NCBI GenBank assembly: GCA_016432525.1
Contig: CP066693.1
Coordinates: 160,815 to 224,814 of the forward strand
Direction: 5' to 3'
DNA from: Candidatus Woesebacteria bacterium
GTDB taxonomy: Bacteria > Patescibacteriota > Microgenomatia > UBA8517
DNA length: 64,000 nt
A model generated the notes under the pieces. The model saw only the letters and a list, made by a program, of their open reading frames with translations. It was not told where the DNA came from and ran no database searches. Shown here one piece after another: positions 35,349 through 47,045 of the stretch; within the stretch, counting starts at the first letter, position 1; every line of letters starts with the position of its first letter. The position numbers and the translations under genes were made by a program.

Positions 35349-37445
35349 TTATAAGGGCCATTTTGCCAGAGCCAAAATAGGGGAGTCAAAATGTCTCGGA
35401 TCCTGAGCATATCCAAAAGACCAAATAGCCTCAGTCACAAACGGAGCAAAAGGATGGAGAAGTTTCAAAAATACAACAAGCCCTTCTCTTAACGCTTTTT
35501 CTGAAAGCTCTCCTTTCTTGCATTTCTCTATACACTCATCGCAAAACCAATGCCAAAATTCAGTATACACGCTCTCAGTAGCTTGAGAGATTTTAAAACT
35601 GTCTAAATTTTTAGTTACCAGTTTTTTTACCTCTTCTAAATGCTTATAAAACTCCTTATCTTCTCTCTTTTCACCATTCCCTTTTTTGTCCTGTATAAAC
35701 CTAGAAGCATTCCAAATTTTGTTTGCAAAATTTCTCTGTCCTCGAATATTATCCTCAGAAAGTGAAACATCATTCTCTGTTAAAGCTCCCCACACAAGTC
35801 CCATACGAAGGCTGTCAGATCCGTATTTCTCAACCATACCAATAGGATCAATTACATTCCCTTTAGACTTGCTTATTTTCTGTCCCTGTTTATCGCGTAT
35901 CAATCCATGGATTAAAACTTCCTCAAATGGAACTTTGCCTGTCACATACAAAGAAAGCATAATCATTCGAATTACCCAAAAAGGCAAAATATCATAAGCA
36001 GTATTCATGACCGTTGTCGGATAAAAATATTCAAAATCACCTTTTTTAGTGGTTTTAAGAGTTGCAAATGGCCACTGACCAGAACTAAACCACGTGTCAA
36101 AAGTATCTATATCTTGAACAAGTTTTCTATAAGAGCATTCACTACATTTTTTAGGAGTTTCGCCATCTGTTATTGTCCATTGACTGCATTTTTGACATTT
36201 CCATGCCGGAATTCTAATTCCCCACACAATTTGACGGCTAATATTCCAATCTCTCAAATTTGTAAGCCAATGCATTGCAACTTTCTCATATTTTTTAGTA
36301 ACAAATTTAACTTTTTTATCCTTAATTGCCTTGAGTCCTAATGCTGCTAAACTTTCCATCTTTATAAACCATTGCATCATAGGCATTGGTTCAATCACGT
36401 TTTTGCATCTATAACAAACTCCAATTACATGTTTATAACTCTGGTCTATTTTTTCAATTAAGCCTTCTTTTTCAAGTTCAGCTACAACTTTCCTTCTCGC
36501 CTCTTTTATATATTCCCCTCCACCGTACTTTTCTGGAACAACATTCATTATTTTCCCGTCAGTCCCGACAACTTGAATAGAGGGAATTCCATGTTTTAGG
36601 CAAATCTCCTCATCGTTAAAATCATGTGCAGGAGTTATTTTTACAATCCCAGTTCCAAACTCAGGATCAACAAAACTATCTTCTATTATTTTCATCTCGT
36701 TGTTTGAAAGTGGATTTAGTATTTTTTCGCTCTTGAGATTCTTGTATCTTTTGTCTTTTGGATTTACTGCCAAATAAGTATCAACATAAATAGTTTCCGG
36801 TCTTGTTGTAGCAATTGTAATATGTCCTCTGTTTGCCTTGGGAAACTTTACATAATAAAGTGGATCCATTCTCTCAATATGGTTTACTTCAAGCTCGGAA
36901 TATGCAGTTCCACAAAAAGTACAATAATTTACCACTTTTTCACCTCGATAAACTTTCTTTTCTTCCCAAAGTCTTTTGAAAGTTTGATAAACAATCTTTA
37001 TTATCTCCGGATCAAGTGTGAATTTATGCCTGCTCCAGTCACAAGAAGCTCCAAGCTGCTTAAGCTGTTGCTTCATTGCTCCCGTGTTTTTAGATACATA
37101 ATCCCAGATCATTTTGTACAAAGTTTCCCGATCATAATCAAAACGACTCTCTCCTTTTTCTTTAAGTTTTTTCTCAAATACAAACTGGGTTTCAATCCCA
37201 GCATGGTCAGATCCAGGAAGCCAAAGTGTTACATCACCTTTCATTCTGTGATATCTAATTAAAATATCCTCAATTGCAACAAATCGTGCATGTCCAATGT
37301 GGAGTGGATCATTGGCATTTGGTGGAGGCATGATAATGCTAAAAGTATTTTTGCCCTTGGTTAGGTTAGGTTCAAATACTTTATTCTTCTCCCAAAGTTC
37401 ATAAATTCTGGCCTCATTCTCTTTGTGATTATAAGTCTTATCCAT
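35349..37445 (-). CDS. valS: Valyl-tRNA synthetase (compact, 698 aa)
   Basis: N-terminus MDKTYNHKENEARIYELWEKNKVFEPN...IMPPPNANDPLHIGHA closely parallels bacterial ValRS (HIGH motif). Also DWNISRQIVWGIRIP and KMSKS variant KISKSKGN. The C-terminal region after KMSKS is only ~170 aa, so the coiled-coil is absent. Confidence 0.8.
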   Translation of the reverse strand: MDKTYNHKENEARIYELWEKNKVFEPNLTKGKNTFSIIMPPPNANDPLHIGHARFVAIEDILIRYHRMKGDVTLWLPGSDHAGIETQFVFEKKLKEKGESRFDYDRETLYKMIWDYVSKNTGAMKQQLKQLGASCDWSRHKFTLDPEIIKIVYQTFKRLWEEKKVYRGEKVVNYCTFCGTAYSELEVNHIERMDPLYYVKFPKANRGHITIATTRPETIYVDTYLAVNPKDKRYKNLKSEKILNPLSNNEMKIIEDSFVDPEFGTGIVKITPAHDFNDEEICLKHGIPSIQVVGTDGKIMNVVPEKYGGGEYIKEARRKVVAELEKEGLIEKIDQSYKHVIGVCYRCKNVIEPMPMMQWFIKMESLAALGLKAIKDKKVKFVTKKYEKVAMHWLTNLRDWNISRQIVWGIRIPAWKCQKCSQWTITDGETPKKCSECSYRKLVQDIDTFDTWFSSGQWPFATLKTTKKGDFEYFYPTTVMNTAYDILPFWVIRMIMLSLYVTGKVPFEEVLIHGLIRDKQGQKISKSKGNVIDPIGMVEKYGSDSLRMGLVWGALTENDVSLSEDNIRGQRNFANKIWNASRFIQDKKGNGEKREDKEFYKHLEEVKKLVTKNLDSFKISQATESVYTEFWHWFCDECIEKCKKGELSEKALREGLVVFLKLLHPFAPFVTEAIWSFGYAQDPRHFDSPILALAKWPL

Positions 37446-37525
37446 TTTACAATGTGCCTAATTATACTACAAACCACATGTAATTTCGCCCTTATTATTT
37501 ATGGGCCGATTTCGGCCGTAATTAT

Positions 37526-38545
37526 TTAAATTTCAGAAGTAATAGTTAGTTCAGGAATAGCGTTAATTTTTCTCCAATCAACTTTCTTGTTGTTAAAATA
37601 AGCAGCTGATGCTATGTAAGCTGCATTGTCAGTACAAAGTGAAGGCTCTGGTACAAAAAACTCTACGTTTTCAAGCTTTGAAATTTTTTCGCTAAACTTC
37701 TCCTTTAATCTTTGGTTTGCAGCAACCCCTCCAGCTAGTAGAAAACTTTTTGGTTTCAGATCTTCAATCGCTCTCACGGTTTTAATGACCAAACTATCTA
37801 CAATTGCTTCTTGAATTTGCGCAGCAAACTCAACTCTCCGAAGCTTTAACTCAGAAGGACTACACTTTTGAATTTCTCTTGCAACTGCTGTCTTAAGTCC
37901 TGAAAAACTCCAATCATAATTCTGTTCATTAATCATTGGCCTAGGAAAAAGATCAAGTTTAGATTTACTTTTATTCTTCAAAGCTTCTTTTGAAATTGAA
38001 GGTCCACCTGGGTAGCTAAGCCCCAAAAGCCTTGCACACTTATCAAATGCCTCACCTGCTGCATCATCACGAGTGCCACCAATCCACTTTATTTTTCCAT
38101 GGTTCCCCATCCAAACCAAATCGGTGTGTCCACCAGAAACTACCAACACCAAGATAGGAAACTCTGGATTTTTATAAGTTTCTAAAAAGTTTGCATAAAT
38201 ATGACCAACCAAATGATTAACTGGAATAACAGGTTTTTCCCAAAGATAAGATAAGACTCTTGCAGTTTCTATTCCCACCAAAAGCGAACCAATAAGTCCT
38301 GGTCCAATTGTCACAGCAATCGCCTCTATCTCATCGTGGTCTTGTCGTAGTGGCGTCATTGCCTCTTCTAAAACAGGGATCATACTTTTAATTTGCTCTC
38401 GTGCAGCTCTCTCCGGAATCACACCTCCAAATTTTGCTTGTATTAAAGCCGATGAAGCAACAACGTTAGAAATAATCTTTGTTCCATCTTCAATTATTGC
38501 ACAAGCAGTTTCATCACAACTCGTCTCAATTCCAAGTATCTTCAT
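37526..38545 (-). CDS. tsaD: tRNA N6-adenosine threonylcarbamoyltransferase TsaD
   Basis: MKILGIETSCDETACAII N-terminus, conserved His pair (HLVGH), Kae1/TsaD family. Confidence 0.85.
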   Translation of the reverse strand: MKILGIETSCDETACAIIEDGTKIISNVVASSALIQAKFGGVIPERAAREQIKSMIPVLEEAMTPLRQDHDEIEAIAVTIGPGLIGSLLVGIETARVLSYLWEKPVIPVNHLVGHIYANFLETYKNPEFPILVLVVSGGHTDLVWMGNHGKIKWIGGTRDDAAGEAFDKCARLLGLSYPGGPSISKEALKNKSKSKLDLFPRPMINEQNYDWSFSGLKTAVAREIQKCSPSELKLRRVEFAAQIQEAIVDSLVIKTVRAIEDLKPKSFLLAGGVAANQRLKEKFSEKISKLENVEFFVPEPSLCTDNAAYIASAAYFNNKKVDWRKINAIPELTITSEI

Positions 38546-40239
38546 GTCTTGACTCCTCTCAAAAATTTATTGCTCCAACTCTCATATTCTGAATTAAAAG
38601 TTTTCGCAAATATAGTTTGTCCATCCCGAATAACTGTGTAATCAAATTTTACTTTAGCCCCAGGAGCTTGAAAATCAACTTGTTTAACCTGTCCCGTGGG
38701 TAGTGTAGGATCATCAGTATATTCATCAGGCAAAGGAGGCTTTTGCTCAGTTATAACTGGTTTTGAAATTATCGCCTTTCTCCCGTCGCTTGTCCCATAA
38801 AGATCAAAATACAATGTGTATGTATAAAGATCAGCTCTTGCCTGAATTAGAATATAATTTCGGGTATCATTTTTTATTTTTAAATCAGGTGAAGGTGAAT
38901 AAACTGTTGCATCAAGCCCAGGAGCTGAATCTTGTTCGTAATAGCCAACGCGATACGCATGAGCGGTTCTAGAAATAATAGGAAGACCAGTATTTAGTGC
39001 TGCTCTAAAAAGTGTCGTTGAAACTTGGCACACTCCACCTCCATCTCCCAAAATAGTTTTTCCATTCTCTATAATATAAGCCTCCTGATATCCAGTAAAT
39101 TTAGAAACATTCCCCAATTCCTCATTAAAAGAAAAAATCTCTCCCGGTTTTATTAAAAGTCCATTAATTCTGCTTGTAGCCAAAACTATATTATGAACAC
39201 GAGATGCAATAGAATGTAAAAACCTGCTTTTCCCTGATCCAATTAGCTCAGTAATTCCAAGATCGTTAGTATCAGAAATTTTACTTTTAGGCTCAATTGT
39301 TGAGATAGGAACCAGAACTTCAATATTATCTTTATCGCTTGTTTCTAAAATTTTCAAAGAATCTTTCAATTTTTTAATTAACTCGTTTCTATTAACGTAA
39401 ATTCCATTTATGGGAGGCGAAAACTCAGTTACCTTTCCATTTGCAAAAATAAAAGTTGCCTCATGTGCTTCTTGATCAATCGAAGACTCTATGCTTGACA
39501 CAAAATCCGAAAGATTTTTGTCTGAATAAGAACCAAATGTGAGTAAGCTTACAAGTTTTTTTCCAGGAAAATCGAACTCTTGGTCTCCACTGACAAGTTT
39601 TAAGCTTTTCTTTAAAATTCCCAAAGCCCTCGACTTCAAAACTTGAGCTTCATCTTCAGTAATGCTCGGGTCATCTACTCTTATGGAAATCTCGATCTTG
39701 TTTGAGGAAATAGGGTTTGCAAGGTATTTGTCTGTGAGGTCAATAAGGCTATTTATATCCACTTCAGCTCCTGCTGTTCCTTTGTCAATAATAATATCGC
39801 CGTTAGAAAAAGAAACAGAAGGAGAAGTGGAAGGCTTATTAAATTGAGGTGAAATGTTCTTGCTAATAAAACTCTTCAAACTATCAGAATTGTAATTATA
39901 CTCAAATTTAAAATGTTTTTCCGAAAAAAGTGCTCCCCTCCCATTATAAAAAGCATTCCAAAGCGTTTTATCAAGATCATAATTTAAAGAGATATCTGAA
40001 GTGTTTAATTTAAAACTTTGACTGTCTTTATTAAAAACTATTTCACTTGGAAAGTTTATTTTTTCACTTATTAAAGATTTTGCCTCACCAAAACTTCTTC
40101 CTCCAATATAAATATCGTTAATGTAAACCAGGGGATAAGCTCTCTTGGAAAAAAAAAGAAAAAAGCCTAAAATCAAAAAAAGTAAAATCCCAAAAACAAA
40201 AACTAAAACTCTCTTGTAAATCAATTTATCTTTTGCCAT
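38542..40239 (-). CDS. VanW-family protein with N-terminal TM anchor
   Basis: C-terminal VanW-like block (LIKPGEIFSFNEELG...ILGDGGGVCQVSTTLFRAALNTGLPI). Start taken at the ATG at 40239 (MAKDKLIYKR); the track ORF extends to 40311. Confidence 0.6.
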   Translation of the reverse strand: MAKDKLIYKRVLVFVFGILLFLILGFFLFFSKRAYPLVYINDIYIGGRSFGEAKSLISEKINFPSEIVFNKDSQSFKLNTSDISLNYDLDKTLWNAFYNGRGALFSEKHFKFEYNYNSDSLKSFISKNISPQFNKPSTSPSVSFSNGDIIIDKGTAGAEVDINSLIDLTDKYLANPISSNKIEISIRVDDPSITEDEAQVLKSRALGILKKSLKLVSGDQEFDFPGKKLVSLLTFGSYSDKNLSDFVSSIESSIDQEAHEATFIFANGKVTEFSPPINGIYVNRNELIKKLKDSLKILETSDKDNIEVLVPISTIEPKSKISDTNDLGITELIGSGKSRFLHSIASRVHNIVLATSRINGLLIKPGEIFSFNEELGNVSKFTGYQEAYIIENGKTILGDGGGVCQVSTTLFRAALNTGLPIISRTAHAYRVGYYEQDSAPGLDATVYSPSPDLKIKNDTRNYILIQARADLYTYTLYFDLYGTSDGRKAIISKPVITEQKPPLPDEYTDDPTLPTGQVKQVDFQAPGAKVKFDYTVIRDGQTIFAKTFNSEYESWSNKFLRGVKT

Positions 40240-40268
40240 ACTTTGTATGATAACATCAAAATACTGCC

Positions 40269-41744
40269 ATGAAGCAAGATAATTCCAACTCACCACAAAC
40301 CAATATACCACCTACCCAGCCTGCAGCTCCGCCACCTTCACCCCAAACGCCTTTTGTTGCAGCGACTCCTCCTGTAGTAACTCCACCAACTGGGAGCAGA
40401 TCATCAATTTCCAAAATCCTTCCCATTATAGGAGGTTTAATAGTTTTAGTTATTTTAGTCTTTCTGGCAATTAAGTTTGTGCCTTCAATTCTTAAAAAAT
40501 CCAATCTTAGTGGGCAAACAACAATTACTTGGTGGGGCCTTTGGGAAAACGATAGCGTTGTAAAATCGTTAATTGACGAATATCAATCTCAAAATCCCAA
40601 AATTAAAATTGATTATGTCCATCAGTCAAAAGAAGATTATCGTGAACGTTTAACTAATGCCTTAGCTCAAGGAAAAGGCCCCGATATTTTCAGATTTCAC
40701 AATTCCTGGGTTCCAATGTTTAAAAACACTCTTGATTCAGTTCCTCCCAAAGTCATGACTCAAGCAGATTTTTCTCAAAGTTACTATCCAGTAATAATTT
40801 CAGATTTAACAACAGCTAATGGAATAATGGGTCTACCTATCGATTTTGATAACATTGCTCTTTTCATAAATCAAGACATTTTTGACACATATGGAAAATC
40901 AGCGCCTCTAACATGGGATGATTTAAGACAAACCGCCCAAGCTCTAACGGTTAAAGATGAAAATGGAAGTATAAAACAAGCAGGAGTAGCTCTTGGCCGA
41001 ACAGAAAACGTTGATCACTGGCCAGAAATTTTAGCACTTATGATGATGCAAAATGGTGTAAAGCTAAATACTCTAACTCCTTCCGATAGGTTAACAAACA
41101 CCCTTTCTTTCTTCACTCTTTTTTCAAAAACAGATGATGTTTGGGATGAAACTTTGCCTCCTTCAACCGTAGCTTTCGCTAATGGAAAAGTTGCAATGTA
41201 TTTTGGTCCTAGCTGGAGGGCTCATGATATTCTTACAATAAATCCAAACCTGAAGTTTAAAACATATCCGGTCCCTCAACTTCCAAAAGAGCATCCAGAC
41301 GATCCAAGTATTACCTACGCAAGTTATTGGGTAGAAGGCGTTTCTAAAACAAGCCCCAACAAAGAAGCAGCTTGGGATTTTATGAAATTTATAACTAGTA
41401 AAGATTCCCTTCAAAAACTTTATACAAACGAAACAAAACAGAGAATGTTTGGAGAAATTTACCCAAGAGTCGATATGGCAAATCTAATTGCAAACGATCC
41501 CTTGGCTGGAGCGTTTGTTCGACAAGGACATGACGCTCAATCCTGGTTTCTCCAGTCTCTAACTTGGGATGGCCAAACTGGTATAAATTCAGAAATTAAC
41601 AAATATTTTGAAGACGCAATTGGCTCAACCCTTAAAGGTAGCAGTCCTGATCAGGCTGTTTCAACTTTAACAAATGCCACTCTTCAAGTATTATCACAGT
41701 ATGGCCTCGCAAAAGCTCCATCTCCATCACCTAAGTCGCAGTGA
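40269..41744 (+). CDS. ABC transporter extracellular solute-binding protein (family 1, sugar-type), Pro-rich N-terminal anchor
   Basis: TITWWGLWEND...QNPKIKIDYVHQSKEDYRERL...GKGPDIF pattern typical of SBP_bac_1; no permease/ATPase adjacent in window. Confidence 0.6.
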   Translation: MKQDNSNSPQTNIPPTQPAAPPPSPQTPFVAATPPVVTPPTGSRSSISKILPIIGGLIVLVILVFLAIKFVPSILKKSNLSGQTTITWWGLWENDSVVKSLIDEYQSQNPKIKIDYVHQSKEDYRERLTNALAQGKGPDIFRFHNSWVPMFKNTLDSVPPKVMTQADFSQSYYPVIISDLTTANGIMGLPIDFDNIALFINQDIFDTYGKSAPLTWDDLRQTAQALTVKDENGSIKQAGVALGRTENVDHWPEILALMMMQNGVKLNTLTPSDRLTNTLSFFTLFSKTDDVWDETLPPSTVAFANGKVAMYFGPSWRAHDILTINPNLKFKTYPVPQLPKEHPDDPSITYASYWVEGVSKTSPNKEAAWDFMKFITSKDSLQKLYTNETKQRMFGEIYPRVDMANLIANDPLAGAFVRQGHDAQSWFLQSLTWDGQTGINSEINKYFEDAIGSTLKGSSPDQAVSTLTNATLQVLSQYGLAKAPSPSPKSQ

Positions 41745-42543
41745 CAAAAGTTCTATTTACTATCACAATCTCTTTGAATATCCACTTACAGCCTCTGAGC
41801 TCATCAAATGGAAAGTCACCTCAGGAATAAAACTAAAAAGAGATTTATTTTTCTCAAATAGCTCCGGCTTTTATTTTCTAAAAAATAAAGAAAATCTAAT
41901 AAAAAAACGTTTTCAAAAAGAGAAAATAAGCGAAAAAAAAATCAGAATTGCCATAAAGGCAAGCAAAATCATCAAAAAAATACCTACGATTTTGTTTGTT
42001 GGTTTAACTGGTTCGTGTGCAATGAAAAATGCAACCTCAAAATCAGATATAGACTTAATTATAATAGTTAAAAAAGACACCTTATGGATAACCAGGCCTT
42101 TTGTGTATTTATTATTGGAAATATTTGGCTTTCCTTTCAGAAGATCTTTTTCTAAAAACTTAAAAGACAGACTGTGTTTAAATATTTGGCTAGACACAAA
42201 AAATTTAAGATGGAAAACAAAAAATATTTTTACAGCTCACGAAATTGCCCAAATTAAGCCACTTGTAAATCATCAAAAAACACATCAAAAATTCCTCAAC
42301 AAAAACAAATGGATATTAGATTTCTGGCCAAACGCAGTCAAAATTCCTAGAAAACTAAAATTTACAAAAAATTCTTCCAAAATTGAAAATTTATTAATTC
42401 ATAAATTCATTGAAAACTTAGCTTTTAAAGCTCAATATCTTTACATGAAACCAAAAATTACTAGAGAAGTGATAACAAAAAACAGGGCAATTTTCCACCC
42501 AATTAATTGGAGTAAAAAAGTAGAAAATTATCTAAATCAATGA
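41701..42543 (+). CDS. Nucleotidyltransferase-domain protein (Pol-beta superfamily)
   Basis: GLTGSCAMKNATSKSDIDLIIIV motif (GS...DxD); start uncertain (in-frame ATGs at 41674 and 41701 overlap upstream gene end). Confidence 0.45.
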   Translation: MASQKLHLHHLSRSDKSSIYYHNLFEYPLTASELIKWKVTSGIKLKRDLFFSNSSGFYFLKNKENLIKKRFQKEKISEKKIRIAIKASKIIKKIPTILFVGLTGSCAMKNATSKSDIDLIIIVKKDTLWITRPFVYLLLEIFGFPFRRSFSKNLKDRLCLNIWLDTKNLRWKTKNIFTAHEIAQIKPLVNHQKTHQKFLNKNKWILDFWPNAVKIPRKLKFTKNSSKIENLLIHKFIENLAFKAQYLYMKPKITREVITKNRAIFHPINWSKKVENYLNQ

Positions 42544-42597
42544 TTCCTCTTGACAGCCTCGGAGTTTCTTGTATAAAATAGCACTCGCAAGTTACAA

Positions 42598-42912
42598 ATG
42601 CCAAAAAATAAATCAAAAAAAATCAACTTAATTCCAACTGCCGGCTATCTTCTTATTAAACAGGATGAAGATAGCAAAAAAACTTCAGGAGGAATTTATC
42701 TTCCAGATACAGCAACCACTGAAAAACCTCAAAAAGGAAAAGTAATAGCAATTGGAACTGAAGAAATTTTAGAAAACGGCACCAAAAGAAAATCTCCAGC
42801 TAAAATTGGAGATACAGTTATTTATAAAAAATGGGGCGGAAACGAAGTAAAACTTGACGATTTGGAATATCTATTTGTAAAATTCGACGATGTCTTGGCT
42901 GTTGTAGTTTAA
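42598..42912 (+). CDS. groES: Co-chaperonin GroES
   Basis: 104 aa; LIPTAGYLLIK...SGGIYLPDTA...GKVIAIG; directly upstream of groEL. Confidence 0.85.
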   Translation: MPKNKSKKINLIPTAGYLLIKQDEDSKKTSGGIYLPDTATTEKPQKGKVIAIGTEEILENGTKRKSPAKIGDTVIYKKWGGNEVKLDDLEYLFVKFDDVLAVVV

Positions 42913-42922
42913 ATTCTTTTGA

Positions 42923-44587
<1,665 letters not shown>

Positions 44588-44647
44588 ACTTTACCCCACA
44601 AACTATACTTGTAAATTACAATTCAATAATTGTAGAATTAGCTTAGA

Positions 44648-45394
44648 ATGCCTGCTAAAACAAAAAAACCAATCAAGGTAGTAGCTCCAAAAAGAAGAGT
44701 TCGTCCAGTTGTTGAAGAAATTGAAGTTCCACAAGCAAGTTCTCCAACTCCAAGCCCAATTTCAGAAACACCACCTCCCGCTGTTCCAGAACCAGTTGCT
44801 CCTACTGTATCTCAAACTGCTCCTGAGCCAGAGCCCATAGCTCCTCAAATAAAAACAGATTCTGATCAAGCAATTGATTTTTCAGCTGAAACCGAAAAAC
44901 CAAATTTTTTCAAACTGCTTTTGATTACAATTGGAGTTGCTTTAATTGTAGCTGCAATTGCAGGAAGCCTCTATGTCTATTTTTCTGGAATAAGTAAAGC
45001 CAAAAAGCAAAGCCCAACTGAAACTCCATCTTCAACCCTTCCTCCAACTCCAGCCGGAACATCTTCTCCATCAATTACTCCTTCTCCAAGTCCAATCCCA
45101 GCTGAAAAACTAAGCTCCCTTAAAATAAGCATTCTGAATGGAAGTGGCAAAATTGGAGTAGCATCAAATGCAAAATCTCTGTTAGAAAAGGCTGGCTTTA
45201 CAGTTACTTCAACTGCTAACGCTCAAACTTTTGATTATACAGACACAATAATTCAGGTAAAGGGGACTATCGATGCATCAATTGTTAACCTCGTAAAGCA
45301 AACTCTTTCAAGCGATTATCAGGTTAAAGTAGGTGATCCACTCAATTCAGGAAATTTTGATATTGTAATTACTGTCGGCTCGGCAGGAAGTTAA
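44648..45394 (+). CDS. LytR_C (cell envelope-related C-terminal) domain protein with Pro-rich N-terminus and TM anchor
   Basis: TM helix, then LKISILNGSGKIGVASNAKSLLEKAGFTV...TIIQVKG resembles LytR C-terminal domain. Confidence 0.5.
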   Translation: MPAKTKKPIKVVAPKRRVRPVVEEIEVPQASSPTPSPISETPPPAVPEPVAPTVSQTAPEPEPIAPQIKTDSDQAIDFSAETEKPNFFKLLLITIGVALIVAAIAGSLYVYFSGISKAKKQSPTETPSSTLPPTPAGTSSPSITPSPSPIPAEKLSSLKISILNGSGKIGVASNAKSLLEKAGFTVTSTANAQTFDYTDTIIQVKGTIDASIVNLVKQTLSSDYQVKVGDPLNSGNFDIVITVGSAGS

Positions 45395-45986
45395 AAGGAT
45401 TCTGTGGAATATTATCTTGCCTGATCTCCAAGTGAAGATGTGTTCCAGTTGAATGTCCAGTTGATCCCATCAGTCCTAATACTGTTTTTGTCTCAACTTG
45501 TTCCCCAAGGTTTACAAAAATTTTAGACATATGCGCATAAAGTGAAGTCAAACCTCCCCCATGAGAAACAATCACAGCATTTCCGTAACCAAAAGGAGAG
45601 TATTGTATATCACTCACAAGTCCAGTCATTATAGGATGAATTTCTTCTCCAAGGTAACCTCCTAAATCAACTCCTGGATGAAATATGTAAAATCCTTGGT
45701 TAACTTTGATTGGTTCAACCGGGTTTTCAATTCCATGATTGGTTACGAGTGTAGTTTTGTCATTATTAATTACTTCTGAAAAATTTGAATTGGAAAATAC
45801 TGTGTTTGAAGCTGGAATTAGTGTTGAGGCAATAACTGCGGCTGCGATATTCGGAGCAAGAATTTTATTAATTTTTTTGTGCTCAACTGCTCTCAAAAAA
45901 TACACTTTCCCCTTCCCCATGAATTTGTTAAATTTATTAACAAAATGTGTAGGCTTCAGGGGCAAGATGTGTTTTTTGTTTCTCAT
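45369..45986 (-). CDS. M23-family peptidase
   Basis: FHPGVDLG...YGNAVIVSHGGGLTSLYAHMS...GSTGHSTGTHLHLEI (HxxxD and HxH M23 motifs). Confidence 0.7.
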   Translation of the reverse strand: MRNKKHILPLKPTHFVNKFNKFMGKGKVYFLRAVEHKKINKILAPNIAAAVIASTLIPASNTVFSNSNFSEVINNDKTTLVTNHGIENPVEPIKVNQGFYIFHPGVDLGGYLGEEIHPIMTGLVSDIQYSPFGYGNAVIVSHGGGLTSLYAHMSKIFVNLGEQVETKTVLGLMGSTGHSTGTHLHLEIRQDNIPQNPFNFLPSRQ

Positions 45987-46455
45987 AATAGCCTCGTGGG
46001 CATTAGAGGCTAAATGTAGGGCAGAGAGCTCAAATTATACTAAAATCTTGACCAAATTACAAGTTCAGCCATACTTCATCAATAAGTTCTTTACCAGTCA
46101 AAAGGGGCATGAGATGATCTCTTGGAAGAAATTATTCCACCAACTTCAACTCCAGAACCAACTGTCACTCTCACGCCGACTGCACTTTTTTACATCCGGA
46201 GTACAATAAAACCAAATAATTAACCTCAAAATTAAACCTATAATAGTTGACAAAAACTCATTTTTATGTTATTATTCTTATACTTGAATTGAGTTTGTTC
46301 TTGAAGAGGGCAAACTCTTTTTTTGTACATTAACAAAGAGATAGGAGCCTGAAGGCAGGAGTTTGGGTGTGAGCTTAAGCTGCTCGTGCTCAAAACCATG
46401 CCTTTAGGCAGAAGTTTGTTCTGGCACATCTGTGCCTACGCCATAGGAGGAAACC

Positions 46456-46752
46456 ATGAGCCAGAAATTGCTGGAAGTCGTCAAGTTGCTAGTCGAAGAA
46501 ACCGAAAGCTTAGTCGGCTATTTAAAACCCGACCAAGGACAAAGGTATTCCGTAGATGGTCTTGATGGACTTGATCTGGTTTCGGCCCTAAAGATTTGCG
46601 GCATATGGATGGCTGCGAATCTTGACAGGATTTCTGGCGGAGAAATTTCTTACCACATCATGATCAAACCCGAAGGGAAAACCCCAGATGGTTTGAAATG
46701 GGCAGCTTTTTCTGCCTATAACGTAGTCTCAAACTACGTAGAAGGTAAGTAA
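46456..46752 (+). CDS. Hypothetical protein (98 aa) in locally GC-rich segment
   Basis: Good RBS (aggagg 6 nt upstream of ATG); composition differs from flanks; followed by nested hairpin structure. Confidence 0.4.
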   Translation: MSQKLLEVVKLLVEETESLVGYLKPDQGQRYSVDGLDGLDLVSALKICGIWMAANLDRISGGEISYHIMIKPEGKTPDGLKWAAFSAYNVVSNYVEGK

Positions 46753-46768
46753 TTTCTTGTTTGTCTCT

Positions 46769-46825
46769 GGCGGAAGCTTGGATTGATGAAATTTATTTCA
46801 TCTTGTCTTTATCCTCGCTTCCGCC
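46769..46825. terminator. Nested stem-loop (outer 9-bp ggcggaagc/gcttccgcc enclosing inner 8-bp gatgaaat/atttcatc) downstream of ORF 46456..46752
   Basis: Perfect inverted repeats seen in sequence; no clear U-tract, so terminator function uncertain. Confidence 0.3.
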
Positions 46826-46879
46826 TCTGAACTTTGACTATTTAATAAAGTATTCAAAGCATAGAATTTTCTTCAAATC

Positions 46880-46908
46880 TTGACAACTATAGGAATAAAA
46901 ATTATAAT
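46880..46908 (+). promoter_or_regulatory. Consensus sigma70-like promoter (TTGACA - 17 nt - TATAAT)
   Basis: ttgaca at 46880-46885, 17-nt spacer, tataat at 46903-46908; ~138 nt upstream of CDS 47046..47630. Confidence 0.4.
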
Positions 46909-47045
46909 TCTTGTTAACTATCGGGAGAATTAAAGGGCTTTTTGCAACAGTATTGGAGTTCATTTTCCAACTCTTTACTGTAATTTTCAGTTTGCAAGCC
47001 CCTCTTAACTCTCCCGTTTTCATCTAAGTTGATATACTAAATTAT

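Noticed and set aside
35686-37262. Several plus-strand ORFs (35686..35997, 36114..36341, 36386..36580, 36822..37262)
   Set aside because: All antisense to the well-supported valS gene
44588-44647. Possible intrinsic terminator after groEL (tacaatt/aattgta inverted repeat)
   Set aside because: Stem is short and AT-rich, no convincing U-tract; too weak to call
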